From Nemertoderma westbladi (Eukaryota; Animalia; Xenacoelomorpha), in contig JAUCBJ010007635.1 of the NCBI GenBank assembly GCA_032718475.1, positions 62,001 to 126,000 of the forward strand: a stretch of DNA of 64,000 bases. The letters are read 5' to 3'. Shown here in pieces: positions 61,910 to 64,000 of this stretch (within the stretch, counting starts at the first letter, position 1; every line of letters begins with the position of its first letter). A model generated the notes under the pieces. The model worked only from the letters and a program-made list of their open reading frames with translations. It had not been told where the DNA came from and did not search any database. The translations under genes and the position numbers were made by a program.

Positions 61910-63131
61910 TGTAAAAGCCTTTGCTGAATTGCCCCGTTATTTTTATTATCTTTTACATTAAAATACTCTGTAGTTGATTTAATAAGTGTAAGAGACCGTA
62001 TTATTGCTGTATCAGTGTTTTTAGAGGATCTAAGACTTATTTCCTCCGTATGTGTACTGTGAAAGGTATATTTTATGATTCTATGGCAATTCGTGACGCA
62101 AAGGGGTGATAGCTACTCTTGAACAGTAGTTACTATGACTACGGTTAACAGCTGACATTCATACGTGTTGATTTCCTTTGTTCTACGGCGTCTCTCAGTT
62201 CAGTCAGCCAATGAGAGCGTTTTTGTGGCTCCTTGTAGAGAAAATTTCCGAGAAATGACGCAATGCCTATGTGCAGTGTTTACATTCAGTCCTGAGCCTA
62301 AGAGAGAACGGCTTGGAAGTATTTTTGTGCTATACTGTTTTTTAGTCGTACACTAGTAGGTTTAATTATAAAGGGCATATATCCTTTAACATGCCTATGT
62401 ATCATACATCCTGACTGCTGAAACATTGCAAACTCGTAACAATCAGTGTTCAGTTGTTGTTTTATACTGCTATTTACTGTCAGTTCTTCATAATATGGTT
62501 GATGAATTATTATATTTGGAATAACGATAAATAACCCCGCAACCCAATATTCTTGATATACCGAAGGTAAGAGAGAAAGGTTACCAATAACGATTGTGAC
62601 TTATGTTAAAGTGGTTTGAAGTGAATCTAATGTTATTTGATAGACCCTACATGAGTCAGCCTGTGTTCCTTTTATATGTGACTAAAATCAGTGAAGATTG
62701 GCAGATTAGTGTGCAGTATTGTGCAGCATTGTGTATGAGCGAGTCTGTTAAAGAAGCAATTCCTAAAGAATGCGCCATATATGTGAATTATAATTGAGCC
62801 ATATCGTTGTGAGTAGTTTAAGTCATAACTCTGTTTATATAGATAAAGCGCCACGTCCTAAAGGAACTGTTAATATTACCGAAGGTGAATAATATTGTCA
62901 GAGATTATATAATACTGTCAGTCGAATAATACATTAGGCTTACATAGCAATAAAAATTAAACCGTCGAACCCAATCTCCCGGGAATATCCAGCGGGTGAA
63001 TGGTCGCGCACGGATTGGTTTCGACTAGTGTAGTGAATCAAGTACTTGTCATAGACTAAAAAACAGATTTAATATCTAGAAGACATCTTAATTTGGTGGG
63101 TTAAACTGCCAAAGGTCTGAAAGCGCGAACA
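61910..63131 (+). repeat. 3' LTR of element B (1222 bp)
   Basis: Matches 40143-41374 apart from an 11-bp deletion near the end, a small indel near 62651 and a substitution at 62881. Confidence 0.97.
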
Positions 63132-63357
63132 TAAGGCGTTTTTTCGTTTATCTCTATTTTTCGAGCCCAGAGGCTATGGACGGAGTAGCCGATCATGCCA
63201 GGGACCTTAGAATCGTGGTATCTAGTCGCTGTGAAAATTTCATCAAATTCGTTAGAGTAGTTTTGGCTGTAGATCAGTCAGTCAGTCAGTCAGCCAGCCA
63301 GTCAGCCAGTCAGTCAACAATTCTTACAGTAATCAAGTCTAACGACTTGCTAATAAG
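63132..63357 (+). repeat. Helitron-like repeat copy 3, right part
   Basis: TAAGGCGTTTTTTCGTTTAT...TGTGAAAATTTCATCAAA...(CAGT/CAGC)n...hairpin CAAGTC-TAAC-GACTTG; colinear with 38474-38690. Confidence 0.9.
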
Positions 63358-63423
63358 CGCGAGAAGAATAAGAAGGCAAATCTCCTAACTTTCCTAACAA
63401 ACGCAATTATTTGGCTGACTCAA

Positions 63424-63696
63424 ATGAAATGTGATAACCCCCATAAGTGGCAACGTGGCTTCTACGAAAGTGACAGTTGTGATTCTGTAGTTCCAGGCCC
63501 AGGGGCCTTTGTCCACCACTCCCTCACACTAATTCCACCAACACCGAAGGTTCGCAAACCAAGAAACCGTTGCCGATTGTGTTACTCTGATGGGTGCAAA
63601 GAAAAACTGTCACGATATTATTGCCCGCAATGCCCCTCTAAACCATCTCTATGTCTGGATTATGCGACTCCGTGTCACAAGAACATAAAACAATAG
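63424..63696 (+). pseudogene. piggyBac-like transposase C-terminal cysteine-rich domain remnant
   Basis: HSLTLIPPT..VRKPRNRCRLC...SRYYCPQCPSKPSLCL...PCH matches the piggyBac C-terminal zinc-binding pattern. No catalytic core upstream. Confidence 0.7.
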
Positions 63697-63774
63697 GTAT
63701 CTGTTCACTATAATACCAATGTAATATCAATCAATCAATCATTTAATATATTTTTAACTATATTAGTCATTTTT

Positions 63775-64000
63775 TTATTCGATAATTTTAACAGACAGAC
63801 TGACGACAGATAGACAGACTGTAAACCGACAGGGTATATTCAACCAAACATGAGAATTGACTTCAGAAATGCAATCAGCGTCCAGAAAAAAAACCCCCAT
63901 GGCGAACGTTTTAGCTGCATGGTAGAATTTTTTTAATTTTGACAGACAAATTGACCGACAGACAGACAAAACAGTAAACCGACAGAATATATTTAACCCT
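63775..64000. repeat. Degenerate repeat of about 150 bp with (GACA)n microsatellite, runs off window
   Basis: ATTTT.ACAGACA...GACAGAC..GTAAACCGACAG..TATATT.AACC occurs twice (about 63785-63847 and 63935-64000). Confidence 0.6.

Larger units (their letters stand above)
40143..63131 (+). mobile_element. BEL/Pao LTR retrotransposon B (pol-deleted, non-autonomous) with extra 3' ORF; hosts element C
   Basis: LTRs 40143-41374 and 61910-63131 (TG...CA), TSD TAAGG at 40138-40142 and 63132-63136, purine-rich GGGAGCGG before the 3' LTR, BEL/Pao gag and protease. Confidence 0.96.

Noticed and set aside
63993-64000. TTAACCCT as a piggyBac terminus
   Set aside because: Wrong orientation for the 3' end of the + strand remnant, and it corresponds to TTCAACC in the preceding repeat copy; truncated by the window edge.

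Overview
Eukaryotic (probably invertebrate) heterochromatin-like window with no host genes. 1-23047 is a 45-bp tandem satellite (about 510 units, with 49-bp variants); all ORFs there are repeat artefacts. It abuts a LINE ORF1-like fragment, followed by three BEL/Pao-type LTR retrotransposons. Element A (23806-38157, minus) has an intact 2832-aa gag-pol. Element B (40143-63131, plus, TSD TAAGG) has RT, RNase H and most of integrase deleted. Element C (49833-56978, plus, TSD AGAAC) is intact, conventional and nested in B. Main result: A and B have unrelated LTRs but share three unusual traits that C lacks. (1) Each has a large extra ORF in the env position encoding a homologous DEDD-type (RNase D/WRN/mut-7-like) 3'-5' exonuclease plus three CCHC-like zinc knuckles, with no env features. 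(2) Neither has a tRNA primer-binding site; the bases directly after the 5' LTR are instead a perfect reverse complement (9 and 12 nt) of a sequence inside their own LTR, a self-priming signature. (3) Both inserted 8 bp apart at the same position of a short Helitron-like repeat. A piggyBac C-terminal remnant ends the window. Domain calls are by visual motif recognition, not database search.
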